Assembly (NCBI GenBank): GCA_964631175.1
Contig: CAZVWH010000001.1
Location: forward strand, 32,952 to 96,951
From: an uncultured Pirellulales bacterium
Lineage (GTDB): Bacteria; Planctomycetota; Phycisphaerae; Sedimentisphaerales; Anaerobacaceae
Direction of reading: 5' to 3'
DNA length: 64,000 nt
The notes under the pieces were generated by a model. It searched no databases. It saw only the letters and a program-made list of their open reading frames with translations, and was not told the origin of the DNA. The position numbers were made by a program, and so were the translations under genes. Of the stretch, positions 9,120 to 18,621 are shown one piece after another; within the stretch, counting starts at the first letter, position 1, and every line of letters begins with the position of its first letter.

Positions 9120-10262
9120 ATGCGGATATATTTGTCTCGTCCGGATATCACCGAAAAAGAAATCGAGGCGGTTTGTGCAGTGCTTCGCAGTCCGGATCTG
9201 TCACTTGGTCCAAAAGTAGGAGAATTTGAACAAGCCTTCGCTAAATATATCGGTACAAAACGGGCAGTTGCTGTCAATAGCGGCACCAGCGGTTTATTCC
9301 TGTGCATGTTGGCACTGGGCATTAGCCGGGGTGATGAAATCATTACTACGCCATTTACTTTTATTGCCTCTGCGACTTCTATTATGATGACCGGTGCCAA
9401 ACCGGTCTTTGTTGACATTGACCCTGTGAGTCTGAATATTGACCCTGCAAAAATTGAATCCAAAATTACCAACAAGACGAAAGCTATTTTACCGGTAGAA
9501 GTCTTCGGTAATCCAGCCGGTTTCGATAAAATCTGTCAAATCGCTCAAAAACATAATCTCAAGGTAATTGAAGATAGTTGTGAAGCGCTTGGTTCTGAGC
9601 TGAATGGAAAAAAGGTTGGCACATTCGGCACAATGAGTGTGTTTGGCTTCTATCCTAATAAGCAAATAACCACCGGCGAGGGTGGAATGATTTTGACCGA
9701 CGACAATGATTTGGCAGATATGTGTGTGTCGCTTCGCAATCAAGGCAGGGACAAGGATAATAATTGGCTGTGCCATAAACACTTAGGCTATAATTTTCGG
9801 CTTAGTGACATTAATTGCGCGCTCGGCATTGCGCAACTCGCAAGAATCGAGCAAATCAAAGCCAAACGCCGACAGGTTGCACAATGGTATCAAGAAATGC
9901 TTGCAGACGATGACAGACTAAAAGTACCCGCTGAGCCGGATGGCTGTGATATGAGCTGGTTCGTATTTGTTGTCCAGCTTGCGGATAGATTTTCAGCTCA
10001 ACAGCGAGACAGGATTCTACAAGCAATAATAGACAGGGACATTCAGGTCGGAAACTATTTTCCGCCTGTGCATCTGCAGCCGTTAATGGTCGAGCAGTTC
10101 GGCTATAAACACGGCGATTTCCCCATCACCGAATCCGTCAGTGATCATACAATCGCCCTTCCGTTTTATAACAACCTGACAAAAGACGAAATCGCAATCG
10201 TCTGCAAGACACTAAAAGAGGTTCTCAATAAACAACTATCTACCGTATCTTTTATCTCATGA
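9120..10262 (+). CDS. DegT/DnrJ/EryC1/StrS family PLP-dependent sugar aminotransferase
   Basis: MRIYLSRPDITEKEIEAV, AVNSGTSGLFL, FGFYPNKQITTGEGGMI (PLP Lys), HLGYNFRLSDINCALG. Confidence 0.9.
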   Translation: MRIYLSRPDITEKEIEAVCAVLRSPDLSLGPKVGEFEQAFAKYIGTKRAVAVNSGTSGLFLCMLALGISRGDEIITTPFTFIASATSIMMTGAKPVFVDIDPVSLNIDPAKIESKITNKTKAILPVEVFGNPAGFDKICQIAQKHNLKVIEDSCEALGSELNGKKVGTFGTMSVFGFYPNKQITTGEGGMILTDDNDLADMCVSLRNQGRDKDNNWLCHKHLGYNFRLSDINCALGIAQLARIEQIKAKRRQVAQWYQEMLADDDRLKVPAEPDGCDMSWFVFVVQLADRFSAQQRDRILQAIIDRDIQVGNYFPPVHLQPLMVEQFGYKHGDFPITESVSDHTIALPFYNNLTKDEIAIVCKTLKEVLNKQLSTVSFIS

Positions 10263-10293
10263 TGCGTATTTCGTCGTTCGTATTTACCGGTGT

Positions 10294-10611
10294 GTGAATT
10301 ATCTTCCACTCAGCCACTGTTCGCAGAAGATAATCAGATCACTAATTCCAACGGCGTTATCTTTATCCAAATCGGCTGGGTTATTGCCACCTTCCGGTAT
10401 CATCCAGAACTGGGCTAAATAGCTGAAATCTTCCATTCCTACCCCATCCGGACAAAGCCAATCAGCCGCTGGTATCTGCCAAGTCAGCCTCGGATAATCT
10501 GTGCCTTCGCAAATCGACCAAATATCCTCAGTTCCGTTTGCTTTCTCACCGACAAAATCCCAGCCAGCATTTGTGAAAGTGCTCCTGGTTTTCATCTCGG
10601 CTGTTGTCTTA
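10294..10611 (-). repeat. 318-bp near-identical block shared by the 3-prime ends of the two GLUG genes (copy 1)
   Basis: Offset 1350 bp from 11644-11961. Differences occur only in the last 3 codons (SGR versus RTR). Confidence 0.85.
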
Positions 10612-11597
10612 TCCATCCCACCATCGCTTGTAGTCTGTTCGGAAGTTTCGACATCCCAGAAACATGTGATAATAGTACATCCCCGATTATATCCCACCAG
10701 ACCACCAACATAAAGATTACCGTTGACTGAACTAGTAGCATAACAATTGGTGATATTGGCGGATTCATAGGTAAATCCCACTAGACCACCAACATATTGA
10801 TTTCCGCTGGCCGTGCCGGTGGTATAACAGTCGGTGAGGTTGCCGCCAGAATTCTCTCCCACAAGGCCACCAACATCAGCACTGCCGATGACCAAACCGG
10901 TAGCATAACAAGTTGTAATGTTACCATAACTATTATCTCCAATCAGGCCACCGATAGAAATATCTCCTATTACAGTGCTAGTAGCGTAACAGGCTATGAA
11001 GCTGCCAAAAAAGGTGTCTCCCACCAGGCCGCCGACAGACCACTCACTACCGCTGACTAAGCCGCTGGCGGAACAGTTAGTGAGATTGCCACCCACATTT
11101 CCCCCCACCAGGCCACCAACATATTTGTTTCCACTGATCGAACCGATGGCACAACAGTCCGTAAGGCTGCCGCCATTGTCTCCTACTAAGCTACCGACAT
11201 AATTTTTGCCAGTAATCGCGATGTTATTTATGCAAAGGTTTCGTATTTGTCCAACAGACTGCACACAACTAAACAGGCCGACATAATTGCTGTTGGGCAT
11301 GTTTATCACTGCATTGCTGATGATATGGCCGTTGCCGTCAAAGACACCGGTAAACATGTTGCTAAGATTACCGATCGGAAATAAGGCGACCCCCTTCAAG
11401 TCCAGGTCGGCTGTCAGGATAAAATGTTTATTCCAGTCGTCCGAGGTATTCATCAAAGTTTGCCAGTCGGCAACCGTAGCAATTTGGTAAGGATTTTCCT
11501 CTGTGCCGGAGCCGCCGGAATAATGGGCCTGACAGACCGCGATAAAATCGAATAGAAAAATTAAGACTATTAAGAAAGTAAGACTAGACTTACACAT
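10299..11597 (-). CDS. Secreted GLUG-motif repeat protein with dockerin-like tail (paralog 1)
   Basis: Signal peptide, NPYQI..FTGVFDGNGHII head, about 9 repeats of VGGLVG.N.G..T.CYATG.V.G, FWDVETS..TTAEMK, and tail DLDKDNAVGISDLIIFCEQWL. Confidence 0.8.
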   Translation of the reverse strand: MCKSSLTFLIVLIFLFDFIAVCQAHYSGGSGTEENPYQIATVADWQTLMNTSDDWNKHFILTADLDLKGVALFPIGNLSNMFTGVFDGNGHIISNAVINMPNSNYVGLFSCVQSVGQIRNLCINNIAITGKNYVGSLVGDNGGSLTDCCAIGSISGNKYVGGLVGGNVGGNLTNCSASGLVSGSEWSVGGLVGDTFFGSFIACYATSTVIGDISIGGLIGDNSYGNITTCYATGLVIGSADVGGLVGENSGGNLTDCYTTGTASGNQYVGGLVGFTYESANITNCYATSSVNGNLYVGGLVGYNRGCTIITCFWDVETSEQTTSDGGMDKTTAEMKTRSTFTNAGWDFVGEKANGTEDIWSICEGTDYPRLTWQIPAADWLCPDGVGMEDFSYLAQFWMIPEGGNNPADLDKDNAVGISDLIIFCEQWLSGR

Positions 11598-11643
11598 TTC
11601 TTGCCCTCATAAGTAAATCAAATCCTTTCATCTTTTTCGGTTC

Positions 11644-11961
11644 GTGAATTATCTTGTCCTCAGCCACTGTTCGCAGAAGATAATCAGATCACTAATTCCA
11701 ACGGCGTTATCTTTATCCAAATCGGCTGGGTTATTGCCACCTTCCGGTATCATCCAGAACTGGGCTAAATAGCTGAAATCTTCCATTCCTACCCCATCCG
11801 GACAAAGCCAATCAGCCGCTGGTATCTGCCAAGTCAGCCTCGGATAATCTGTGCCTTCGCAAATCGACCAAATATCCTCAGTTCCGTTTGCTTTCTCACC
11901 GACAAAATCCCAGCCAGCATTTGTGAAAGTGCTCCTGGTTTTCATCTCGGCTGTTGTCTTA
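11644..11961 (-). repeat. 318-bp near-identical block (copy 2)
   Basis: Encodes ..KTTAEMKTRSTFTNAGWDFVGEKANGTEDIWSICEGTDYPRLTWQIP..DLIIFCEQWL in both genes. Confidence 0.85.
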
Positions 11962-13748
11962 CCCGTCCCACCGGCGCTGGTAGTCCATCCGGAAGCTTCA
12001 ATATCCCAGAAACACACGGTGAGGCTACCATAATTCTGCCCTAATAGACCACCGACAGAACTGTTTCCCTCGACCGAGCCGGTGGCGTAACAAGCGGTGA
12101 GGATACCCCTACTCTCACCCACCAAGCCACCGACACCTGAATTGGCTCCGCTGACCGAGCCGTTGGCATAACAGGCAGTGATGCTGCCATAACTATTATC
12201 TCCAACCAGGCCGCCGACATCCCAATTCCCATAGACTGAGCCGGTGGCATAACAGGTAGTTAAGCTGCCTCTATAATTTAATCCCACCAGAATACCGACA
12301 TCATTATCGCCGCTGACCGTGCCGGTGGCATAACAGACGGTGAGAGTGCCACTATTATTACCTACCAAGCCACCAGAATGATTTCTGCCGTTAATCACGA
12401 TGTCCTCTACGCCTAAATTTTGGATACGGCCGTCCTCGCCTAAATAACCGAATAGTCCGACGTTATCGCTGCTGGGTATATTTACATCTGCATTGCGGAC
12501 AATATGTCCATTGCCCTCGAAAGTCCCTATAAAAGGCCCCAAATCACCAATAGGGTAAAGCGTAATTCCGAATAAGTCCAAGTCGTCCAGCAAAACGATA
12601 TGTTTATCCAGAATTGAAGTATGCCAGCTCAGAAGGGCAAAATCCGAAGCTGCCCATATCTGATAAGGATCTTCTACGGTACCACTACCCAAAAGAGGAA
12701 TGGACTCGGGTTCAGGTATGGGGACACCGCCGGTATTTTCCCAGTCTAAGCGAGGACAATCCTGTCCATCGTTGATGACCCAGCCTTTTCCTGCCCATTC
12801 GGCGTTGCGGTAAATAGCCAGAGATTTCATCTCGCTGGTGGTCAAGCCTTTGCCCCCATAAGCACTGCCCGTCTGGCCAGACGTTTCGACGTCCCAGAAA
12901 CATGCGGTGAGGGAGCCAGAATTACATCCCATCAGGCCACCAGAACGGATTCCACTTATTACCGAGCCGTTGGCGTAACAGGCAGTGAGGCTGCCAGAAT
13001 TATTTCCAACCAGGCCACCGACAATTTCGTCTCCCCTGACAGAGCTGGTGGCATAACAGGCTTCAATGCCGCCGGAATTCCATCCCACCAAGCCGCCGAC
13101 ACCAAATTTTCCGCTGACCAAGCCATCAGCATAACAAGCGGTCAAAATGCTACCATATTCAATATATCCTAACAGTCCGCCAACAAAATCATCTCCTCTG
13201 ACAGAGCCGGTGGCATAACAGGCAGTGATGGTGGCACCCCAATTATACCCCACAAGGCCTCCAACATTTTCACTTCCAATGACCGAACCTTTGACGTAAC
13301 AGGTGGTGAGGCTGCTAAGATAACCAATATTTCCTACAAGGCAGCCAACATAATTTTTGCCGGTAACCTCGATGTTCTCTACGCAGAGGTCACATATTTG
13401 TCCAGGACAATCCACTCGACCAAATAGTCCGACGACATTGCTGCCGGGCATATTCACGTCTGCGTTGCGGATGATATGCCCATTGCCGTCAAAGACACCG
13501 GTAAAGTAGTTATTACTATTGCCGATGGGAGATAGATTGATCCCCTGCAAATCCAAGTCGGCTGTCAGGATAAAATGCTTATTCCAATCGTCCGGGGTAT
13601 TCATCAAACTCTGCCAGTCAGCGACCGAACTAATCTGATAAGGATTTGCCTCCGCGCCTGAGCCGCCGGGGTATTGGGCTTGGCAGATCGAAGCAAAAGT
13701 GAGTAAAAAAATCAGGACTATCAAAAGAGTAAAACGAGCCTGATACAA
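11649..13748 (-). CDS. Secreted GLUG-motif repeat protein, internally duplicated (paralog 2)
   Basis: Two head+GLUG+FWD.E.SG units in tandem. The start is placed at TTG 13748 because GGAGGGCAAGAATTG aligns with GAGGGCAAGAAATG of paralog 1. Confidence 0.8.
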   Translation of the reverse strand: MYQARFTLLIVLIFLLTFASICQAQYPGGSGAEANPYQISSVADWQSLMNTPDDWNKHFILTADLDLQGINLSPIGNSNNYFTGVFDGNGHIIRNADVNMPGSNVVGLFGRVDCPGQICDLCVENIEVTGKNYVGCLVGNIGYLSSLTTCYVKGSVIGSENVGGLVGYNWGATITACYATGSVRGDDFVGGLLGYIEYGSILTACYADGLVSGKFGVGGLVGWNSGGIEACYATSSVRGDEIVGGLVGNNSGSLTACYANGSVISGIRSGGLMGCNSGSLTACFWDVETSGQTGSAYGGKGLTTSEMKSLAIYRNAEWAGKGWVINDGQDCPRLDWENTGGVPIPEPESIPLLGSGTVEDPYQIWAASDFALLSWHTSILDKHIVLLDDLDLFGITLYPIGDLGPFIGTFEGNGHIVRNADVNIPSSDNVGLFGYLGEDGRIQNLGVEDIVINGRNHSGGLVGNNSGTLTVCYATGTVSGDNDVGILVGLNYRGSLTTCYATGSVYGNWDVGGLVGDNSYGSITACYANGSVSGANSGVGGLVGESRGILTACYATGSVEGNSSVGGLLGQNYGSLTVCFWDIEASGWTTSAGGTGKTTAEMKTRSTFTNAGWDFVGEKANGTEDIWSICEGTDYPRLTWQIPAADWLCPDGVGMEDFSYLAQFWMIPEGGNNPADLDKDNAVGISDLIIFCEQWLRTR

Positions 13749-14045
13749 TTCTTGCCCTCCTACGTAAGTCAAACCTTTTCAACCTTCTGAGCTTATGAGA
13801 GTTCCCATGCTACTCTGCGAAGCGCTATGTAGCACGAGATAATATCCGCTTGGAAGCTCTGCTTTGCCTGATAATATAATACACAATCTACCTTGAAAAA
13901 TCAATTTTTTTACCTTGATTTCAGGTCAAAATGTCGGCAGTCACATATATACAAATTCAACAATTGCTCTTATTACAGGTGACACGGAGTATATAGGATG
14001 CTTTTTTGAGTTTTAAGTCTTGAGTTTTGAATTGTGATTCCCCGC

Positions 14046-14357
14046 TTATGGGGAGGACTTGTAAATAATCTTGCCATGTTTCAGCACGTTCTCCAGAAAT
14101 CCGCTTTTGTCGTTTTCACGGCATAAGAGCACCGGTTCTATACGTTTATTTACTGTACGCACAAGATTAAACAAATCGGCGCTTGTCTTAAGATAATCAC
14201 CACGAAATTTATCCACCACAACAGCTATATCTATGTCACTGTTTTTTTTGGCGGTACCTCTAGCATGTGAGCCGTAAAGTATCACCATGCTGACAGGCAT
14301 AAAACCCTTTACTTTTTGGGCGTAAAGTTTGGCTATTTCAACAACTTTTTTATCCAT
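14046..14357 (-). CDS. Minimal nucleotidyltransferase (MNT) antitoxin-type protein
   Basis: ILYGSHARGTAKKNSDIDIAVVV is the GS-x(n)-DxD NTase motif. Confidence 0.85.
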   Translation of the reverse strand: MDKKVVEIAKLYAQKVKGFMPVSMVILYGSHARGTAKKNSDIDIAVVVDKFRGDYLKTSADLFNLVRTVNKRIEPVLLCRENDKSGFLENVLKHGKIIYKSSP

Positions 14358-14728
14358 GAGTAAAATTTCTTTGTTCTCATATAAAGCTCTTCGCACTTCC
14401 TGGCATTGAGCACTTTCAACAAAAGCTCTCTGTCTTCAGGATAACGAGCCTGTATATTAAGCGGCATAAGCTCATTGAAAAGCGAAAAATGCTCTTGGTT
14501 GGCGTGCTTGTCAAATTTTGATTTTTCTGAAAGCAACAGAAGATTATGACTATAAGGAGGTTCTTTTTTCTGAGTATGCCAGAAGTAAGATTTCAGACAT
14601 TTCTCTACCACCTAATGATAAAGAATACCAACATACAGAAACCTTTTTGATTCCAGCATCGCTTTCGCACTGGCTAAATCGTAATCCGCGATATCCAGCC
14701 AGTAATCAATTTTCTTTTTCGTATTCAT
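14333..14728 (-). pseudogene. HEPN-domain toxin-type gene interrupted by one in-frame TAG (14614..14612)
   Basis: ATG at 14728 gives MNTKKKIDYWLDIADYDLASAKAMLESKRFLYVGILYH-TAG-VVEKCLKSYFWHT..HNLLLL..ARYPED. The stop sits where HEPN proteins usually have Q (CHQ.xEK). TAG is used as a terminator by other genes in the window. Confidence 0.7.
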
Positions 14729-15024
14729 TAAATCCCTTTAAATCCAAATATTCAATCCATCTTTTCTACCCTCGATAAAATTATACTATATCCATACGGC
14801 AATAACTAAGAACAAAATGTCAAATTTGCGTTTGGCATCGGTGGTTTTTTATCTTAAATATTTAGTAGAGATGTTTGCATGGGACGGCTGGGGGGATGAC
14901 CGATGCTACTGCTGAAAAGCAGCGCTTCCACGCTCTGCAGTTCATCCTTCGCTGTACCTACTACAGAGAAGGATACTACGGAGGATGGATCGCTGCGAAG
15001 CACGAGTAAAATCGCTGCCTTTAT

Positions 15025-15297
15025 ATGTTGGGGGGATTAATGAGGCGCTGGGCAACCAAAGTGGTATTTTTTCTAATTGTCTATTTTGCAGGTTTTGCAA
15101 CCGCAATCTATACTCTTGCACCTGTACCCGAAAATCGGGTTCATAAATCTAATGAAAAAAAATTTATACATTCGCCCATTAAATCGGACGAATTTGCGAA
15201 ATCTTTCAACCAAGGGATGCACAAGTGTGTTGATTTCGGCAAAGACGCTGCCTGTCGTGCGGGCAAACTCATAAAGCAAAAGCTAAATGAAAAGTAG
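15025..15297 (+). CDS. Hypothetical small membrane-anchored protein
   Basis: ORF with one N-terminal TM helix (VVFFLIVYFAGFATAIYTLA). No recognisable family. Confidence 0.3.
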   Translation: MLGGLMRRWATKVVFFLIVYFAGFATAIYTLAPVPENRVHKSNEKKFIHSPIKSDEFAKSFNQGMHKCVDFGKDAACRAGKLIKQKLNEK

Positions 15298-15518
15298 TTC
15301 CAAGCCGTAGGGCTGAGAAGAAACGCATAATCTTATCGTTCGGAGGGGTGGTCATATAGTAGTCCCGATTTATCGGGATTGGCCGTGGGTCGGGAAGAAC
15401 CCACGGCCAAATTTTTGCGCTTCGCAAAAAACGATGCAGAAAACATGAAAAATCAACCCGCCAAAGGCGGATAAAAATGGAAAAGTCAAAATGACGTATT
15501 AAAATGCAAAATGTAATT

Positions 15519-15612
15519 GTCATTGCGAGCCCGAATAACGTGAGGACGCGGCAATCTCCTACCTTCGGATGGTCGAGATTGCTTCGTCGGCCTTTGGCCT
15601 CCTCGCAATGAC
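15519..15612. repeat. GTCATTGCGAG...CTCGCAATGAC palindromic element
   Basis: Terminal 11-bp inverted repeats plus internal GCAATCTC/GAGATTGC pairing. Confidence 0.75.
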
Positions 15613-15723
15613 GTTTTATGTCGTTGTTCTACGTGTAATCCTTCGACTTAGCTCTCGTCTCGGCAAAGCGCCTATCCGTAGCCGGACAGGACAGGTTTTG
15701 ATGTTTGATATTTAACTTTTGAT

Positions 15724-16410
15724 ATGGTGCTATTGTATGGTCTGATATTTGATGTTGACGGGGTGATTGCCGATACCGAGCCGGTAAACGCCAAAGTTAC
15801 CATCAAGGTTTTCGAGGACATGTTCGGCTTAAAAAGTGTCAAGCCGGATGATTTTGCAGCCGGTATAGGCAGAGGGGCCGAAAAATATGTTAAGGCAGCA
15901 GCCGACGTACATGGCTTGAATTTGACCGATGAGCAGATAAAAGCCGCGGCTCAGTTGCGTGAGCAGTATCTGATAAAAGCGATGCAGGAAGAACCGCTGC
16001 CTGCTTTTCCGGGTGTACTGGAGTTGATAAACGGAGCATTGCAAAGAAAGGACTTTCGTTTAGCCATTGCTACATCCGCAACGCTTGAGCTATCTCGTGC
16101 TATTTTAGAATCTGCAAAGGTCCCCTACCAAAAGATGGTCTATGTCACCGGAAGCGAAATCAAGCGAAAAAAGCCCGACCCGGAACTTTTCCTTGTCGCT
16201 GCAAGTCGTATGGGTATTTTGCCTGCCAATTGTGTGGTTTTTGAAGATGCTCCGAGCGGCGTACAGGCCGCCAAAGCCGCAGGCGCTAAGTGTATCGCAG
16301 TGACGAATTCCACAACCGCAGATAATCTCTATCAAGCTGATTTAATCTGTGATTCCCTTGAAAAGATTGACCTCCCTATAATCACAAAACTAATCGATAA
16401 AAATGTTTAG
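15724..16410 (+). CDS. HAD-superfamily hydrolase (beta-phosphoglucomutase-like subfamily IA)
   Basis: Motif I FDVDGVIADTE, motif II IATSA, motif III K..KPDPE, motif IV VFEDAPSGVQAAKAAG. Confidence 0.9.
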   Translation: MVLLYGLIFDVDGVIADTEPVNAKVTIKVFEDMFGLKSVKPDDFAAGIGRGAEKYVKAAADVHGLNLTDEQIKAAAQLREQYLIKAMQEEPLPAFPGVLELINGALQRKDFRLAIATSATLELSRAILESAKVPYQKMVYVTGSEIKRKKPDPELFLVAASRMGILPANCVVFEDAPSGVQAAKAAGAKCIAVTNSTTADNLYQADLICDSLEKIDLPIITKLIDKNV

Positions 16411-16613
16411 CCCCTGACTGTAAATAAGGTGTATGTTTTAAGCATATAGTCTTTTTGATTAATCAAAAGGACTATATCAATTTTACTGCAACATACCTTA
16501 GAGGGATTTGGAAACTATCGACAACTGACGTGTGGCAGCCCCAAGCGTAACGGCTCGACTGAGCTCGCCGAAGTCTTGGGGATGGCTGAACTCTTTAGTG
16601 ATAAGCGACCATG
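16221..16613 (+). repeat. Tandem duplication unit 1 (HAD 3-prime end + palindrome + REP-like sequence)
   Basis: Period 511 bp. Essentially identical to 16732-17124 through ~16546, then a few mismatches. Confidence 0.85.
16444..16477. terminator. 34-bp near-perfect palindrome downstream of the HAD gene (second copy at 16955-16988)
   Basis: ATATAGTCTTTTTGATT/AATCAAAAGGACTATAT with one mismatch. Candidate terminator hairpin. Confidence 0.5.
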
Positions 16614-16731
16614 GACATCCCTCAGAGATGACGCTGCCACCCTTCGCGAGATACGCCTGTCCCGAGCAAAGCCTACTCTGAGCAACGTCGAAGAGTCGAG
16701 GAAAGCGACGAGAGACGAGATACTGTTTTGT

Positions 16732-16921
16732 GCCTGCCAATTGTGTGGTTTTTGAAGATGCTCCGAGCGGCGTACAGGCCGCCAAAGCCGCAGGCGCTAA
16801 GTGTATCGCAGTGACGAATTCCACAACCGCAGATAATCTCTATCAAGCTGATTTAATCTGTGATTCCCTTGAAAAGATTGACCTCCCTATAATCACAAAA
16901 CTAATCGATAAAAATGTTTAG
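16732..16921 (+). pseudogene. Duplicated 3-prime fragment (last 63 codons) of the HAD hydrolase gene
   Basis: ORF 16730..16921 translates identically to the C-terminus of 15724..16410. It is part of a 511-bp-period tandem duplication. Confidence 0.85.
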
Positions 16922-17124
16922 CCCCTGACTGTAAATAAGGTGTATGTTTTAAGCATATAGTCTTTTTGATTAATCAAAAGGACTATATCAATTTTACTGC
17001 AACATACCTTAGAGGGATTTGGAAACTATCGACAACTGACGTGTGGCAGCCCCAAGCACAGCGGCTCGACTGAGCTCGCCGAAGTCTTGGGGATGGCTGA
17101 ATTCTTTAGTGATAAGCGACCATC
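16732..17124 (+). repeat. Tandem duplication unit 2
   Basis: See unit 1. Confidence 0.85.
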
Positions 17125-17395
17125 GACAAGTCCTTCGGCCTTGACGCTGCCAACCTCTACAAGATACGAGTGATAAAATACGAGCCGAAACTTTTTTGGC
17201 TGACCATCTTTACTTGACCAATGCGCCATGATACGCTCTTAGACATAAGTAAGTGAGAACCAGATGTATGCTAGACATAAGAGAATCATACGGACGGATC
17301 GGCGATAACGAAGGCTGCTTCGACATCGAGTTCCGGCAGCGGATTAGAAAGACACAACGTAATGGTGGAGTGGACTTTTGGCATAGGAGATAACA

Positions 17396-17689
17396 ATGGA
17401 CCGAAAGACGAAACGCTTTTTGAAATGGGTAACGCTGGCAGGTTTTGCCGTGGCTTTGCTGCTCTATGCAGAGGGCTGCAAGAGAAAATCGCCGGCGGCG
17501 ACACCCCCTACCACGACCCAACCGGAGACTCAGGCTAAACCGGCAGAGCCGCCAGACAAGGATGAAATGCCCAAGGCGGCGCATGAGCCACCAGCCCAAG
17601 AGGCAAAACCGACTCCGGTAACTCTGAAGAAGTGGCTGGAGGACAAGGAGGTTGTGGCGTTAGTCAGTAATGACTCGAATTCGCTTTGA
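17396..17689 (+). CDS. Hypothetical Pro/Thr/Ala-rich secreted or lipoprotein
   Basis: GGAGATAACAATG RBS. Signal-like WVTLAGFAVALLLYAEGC followed by low-complexity PAATPPTTTQPETQAKPAEPP. Confidence 0.4.
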   Translation: MDRKTKRFLKWVTLAGFAVALLLYAEGCKRKSPAATPPTTTQPETQAKPAEPPDKDEMPKAAHEPPAQEAKPTPVTLKKWLEDKEVVALVSNDSNSL

Positions 17690-17877
17690 CTACCTGGAGT
17701 TTTCCTTGCTGAGGTTCAGATTATACAGAGCGAATAGCCGGTTCCAAAGTTTGCCTTATGCCCGGTGTTGGGCACGATGACAGGAATGGTATGAAATCCT
17801 TTGGAGCGCCTTACACGAATACGGAAGGAAATTATAACTTTCTTTGAGGTTTGCCGAAAGAAACGTGGATTCAAGGG

Positions 17878-18606
17878 CTACGCGGAGTTTGGGGCTAGGT
17901 CAATCACGGTTGCAGAGGGAAGTTTCTGTGTGATGATCTCGGCGGCGAGGTTGGTCCATTTCTTGCAGCCATCCAGTACGACACTATCACTACTGGCTAC
18001 AATTAAATCGGTTTTTATCAACTCCGCATCGGGGCTGAATAAAAGTTGAATCTCCCAACTCCAATCATTCTTTTGAGCTAATTCACCGATTAGTTTTTTC
18101 AATCGGCCGCTATTGGAAACCGGGCTATCCAACAGCCAGAGGACTTTTATTACGCCAATATCTTTTAGAAATCCGCCTATAAGCTGCACAGCCGGTATTG
18201 TTTCCGTTACTTTGCGGTATGTTCCATGGATGCTCGCCAAATCCCGGAAACAGCCGTCACGGCCTTTGAAAATCACGCCGCTGCTCATTGCAGCCTCGAT
18301 GGTTATAAGGATATTGTAGCCATCAATGGCAATAGGTTGACCAACCAAGTCAGAAATTTTAACTTCACGCTGGTTGCGAGAGGCAAGCTGCTGGTCGGAG
18401 CAGGCACTTCGCATAATAGCTAATCTTTGTCTCTCGGTAAGTGAGAATCTGTCACCGACTAATTTCAGGGCACTTTTTTTTGCATAACCCTTCGTCAGTA
18501 AAAGCGAGAAGTCACTCAGCGCAGACCTCAAATCGCCGATTTTGTCGTCGGCGAATAATTTCTCATCTGCCGGATGCGGCCCCCTATGGATACGCCTATC
18601 AGGCAT
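17878..18606 (-). CDS. DUF434-like protein with C-terminal PIN/NYN-like region
   Basis: HRGPHPADEKLF..DLRSALSDFSLLLTKGYAKKSALKLVGDRFSLTERQRLAIMR matches my recollection of DUF434. IAIDGYNILITIE suggests a PIN-like acidic core. Confidence 0.5.
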   Translation of the reverse strand: MPDRRIHRGPHPADEKLFADDKIGDLRSALSDFSLLLTKGYAKKSALKLVGDRFSLTERQRLAIMRSACSDQQLASRNQREVKISDLVGQPIAIDGYNILITIEAAMSSGVIFKGRDGCFRDLASIHGTYRKVTETIPAVQLIGGFLKDIGVIKVLWLLDSPVSNSGRLKKLIGELAQKNDWSWEIQLLFSPDAELIKTDLIVASSDSVVLDGCKKWTNLAAEIITQKLPSATVIDLAPNSA

Positions 18607-18621
18607 GAGGTGTCTCCTGGA

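Noticed and set aside
14612-14614. Stop-codon reassignment (TAG read as an amino acid) to explain the interrupted HEPN gene
   Set aside because: Several well-conserved genes in the window (HAD hydrolase, glnA, GIY-YIG) terminate at their expected ends with TAG. A nonsense mutation is the simpler explanation.
16498-17599. ORFs 16498..16824, 17026..17229, 17210..17599 and 17286..17504 as genes
   Set aside because: They span the tandem-duplication junction and REP-like DNA. Their translations are Arg/Cys/Ser-rich with no recognisable motifs.
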